Positions 62,571-64,000 of a stretch of 64,000 nucleotides of DNA are shown here, piece after piece (position 1 is the first letter of the stretch; the number at the start of each line of letters is the position of its first letter). The notes beneath the pieces were generated by a model, which had not been told where the DNA came from, did not search any database, and was given only the letters and a program-made list of their open reading frames with translations. The translations under genes and the position numbers were made by a program. This DNA is from an uncultured delta proteobacterium (GTDB taxonomy: Bacteria; Desulfobacterota; Desulfomonilia; UBA1062): NCBI GenBank assembly GCA_963752595.1, contig CAVVYZ010000001.1, forward strand, positions 1 through 64,000, written 5' to 3'.

Positions 62571-63896
62571 ATGAAATCTCGTAATGTATTCATCACACTT
62601 GCAGGAGTTTTATTCATTGCGTTCTTTGCAGGCAGTGCCTTTGCGGGCGATACATTTAAGCTGGTCTACTATGACGGGCACATACACACCTACCGTTCCG
62701 ACGGCAACGGCTCTGTTGTCAACATCAAGGAAATGGCGCTGAGACGAGGTCTGAACGCGGTCGTCGTCACCGACCATTGCAGGATGCTGACCAGGGAAGA
62801 ATGGGCGTCTCTGGTTTCGGAATGCAGTGCGGCCTCGGATGAAACCTTCCTTGCCCTGCCGGGATTTGAAGTCACCGGCAGCGACGGCATCTTCAACCGC
62901 ACCCACATAAACGCACTCGGCGTTTCGGATCCCTTTGCCGGAAACGACAGTGACTGTCTCTGCCCCGAGGAGGTATGGCCGTCCCCACCCAACCCGGCCG
63001 GTACCGGGGCTTTGTATCCGGAAAACCTGACGGAATGGGTTGGCTATATCCACTCCCAGGGAGGAATTGCAGTGCACAACCATCCGTCGGGAACCACCAA
63101 GCTCATGTACGGTGTAAATGCCATGGAGGTCTATAACCAGGGCCATGTCGACGATGTTGCCGGCTATGCAAAAATGCTCGGTTACTCGGATTCACAGGCC
63201 TGGCAGTTCGGCATGACGCTGAATAATTTTGCACTCTACGGCGAAAGGGACGTGAATACACTCGTTCCGTTCCCCGGCTACGGAATGATCCCCCTGAGGT
63301 ACGCTCTGTATTATGCGACGCAGTACTTCGAGCCCTATGTCGGCCAGTGGCTGGGCGCACCACAGGCGCCCTTGAGCTCGTGGGACCAGCTTCTCATGGC
63401 CTATGTGAACGGCACTGCCCGCGATCCCATCTTCGGCCTGGCCAATAGCGATGCCCACAACACAAACGATCTTGACTGCACGGACGGCAGCTGTTCGAAG
63501 GTAGGGATGGGCAAGAACGGTGCCTATGTGAAAGAGCTCACTGCCGGGGAGCTATATAAGGCCATCAAGGCCGGACGCACCTTTGCCACTACCGGTCCGT
63601 CACTTAACCTCGACGTCAACAGCGAGCTCATGGGTGATACGGCATACATCCTCGACGGCGCGGCCGAGATCAACCTGAGTGTTGATTCGGAAACTCCCGG
63701 CTTCATAGTGGCCAGGATCGACATCATAAAGAACGGCGTGGTCTGGAAAACGATAACACCGTACCTGCCCGCCTGTGATTTCTCGTTTGAAGATGTCGTG
63801 GCCGGGGACGGTTATTACCGGGTCGAGGTCACTACCTACAGCAGCAGGGGCTACCAGTTCGCCTGGTCGAATCCGGTGTTTGTCAGGGTAGAGTAG
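62571..63896 (+). CDS. Exported PHP-domain (CehA/McbA-like) metallohydrolase
   Basis: Signal peptide (SAFA), GHIHTYRSDG, VTDH, GFEVT, HNHP, NSDAH, AIKAGRTFATTGP, WSNPVFV. Confidence 0.85.
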   Translation: MKSRNVFITLAGVLFIAFFAGSAFAGDTFKLVYYDGHIHTYRSDGNGSVVNIKEMALRRGLNAVVVTDHCRMLTREEWASLVSECSAASDETFLALPGFEVTGSDGIFNRTHINALGVSDPFAGNDSDCLCPEEVWPSPPNPAGTGALYPENLTEWVGYIHSQGGIAVHNHPSGTTKLMYGVNAMEVYNQGHVDDVAGYAKMLGYSDSQAWQFGMTLNNFALYGERDVNTLVPFPGYGMIPLRYALYYATQYFEPYVGQWLGAPQAPLSSWDQLLMAYVNGTARDPIFGLANSDAHNTNDLDCTDGSCSKVGMGKNGAYVKELTAGELYKAIKAGRTFATTGPSLNLDVNSELMGDTAYILDGAAEINLSVDSETPGFIVARIDIIKNGVVWKTITPYLPACDFSFEDVVAGDGYYRVEVTTYSSRGYQFAWSNPVFVRVE

Positions 63897-63929
63897 TACG
63901 TACCCGCTTTATTGAGATTGCACGTCTTT

Positions 63930-63972
63930 CATGCGGTCCGGCCGCAGGAGCAAGAGAGGGCTGGACCGCATG
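63930..63972. terminator. Stem-loop downstream of the PHP gene
   Basis: CATGCGGTCCGGCC pairs with GGCTGGACCGCATG (14 bp, one G-T pair). No U-tract on the + strand. Confidence 0.45.
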
Positions 63973-64000
63973 GGGGAGGCTGACCCGGGAACAGCACGGA

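Noticed and set aside
1-64000. CRISPR array, tRNA/rRNA, prophage, IS or integron
   Set aside because: No regularly spaced repeats, cloverleaf or rRNA-like sequence, and no integrase, transposase or phage structural ORFs were recognised by eye.

Overview
This is a bacterial chromosomal window. The core genes are GC-rich and the gene content suggests an anaerobic fatty-acid-degrading Desulfobacterota/Deltaproteobacteria-type organism (inference). It carries acyl-CoA metabolism genes, including an atu-like biotin-carboxylase cluster, CoA ligases and CoA transferases. It also carries PAS sensor kinases, an EmrAB-type efflux operon, an MlaE/F/D-PqiC lipid transport operon, ftsH, mgsA and several secreted hydrolases. 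Three visibly AT-richer defence-type inserts are interspersed: a decaying XhoI/PaeR7I-type restriction-modification (R-M) system, a Dcm-Vsr-HNH module, and a stand-alone 752-aa gene. That gene fuses an intact HD (HD-CE-like) phosphohydrolase to an apparently catalytically altered eIF-2B/ribose-1,5-bisphosphate-isomerase-like domain and is the best candidate for an undescribed sensor-effector system. A second notable signal is that the mla operon is bracketed by short relic copies of the two sequences that border the mgsA-ywbE spacer 8-12 kb away. Many genes between about 12.8 and 28 kb, and a few elsewhere, carry single-base indels that look more like read or assembly errors than decay. I saw no rRNA, tRNA, CRISPR array, integrase or transposase. 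All family calls come from recognising motifs by eye; no searches were run.
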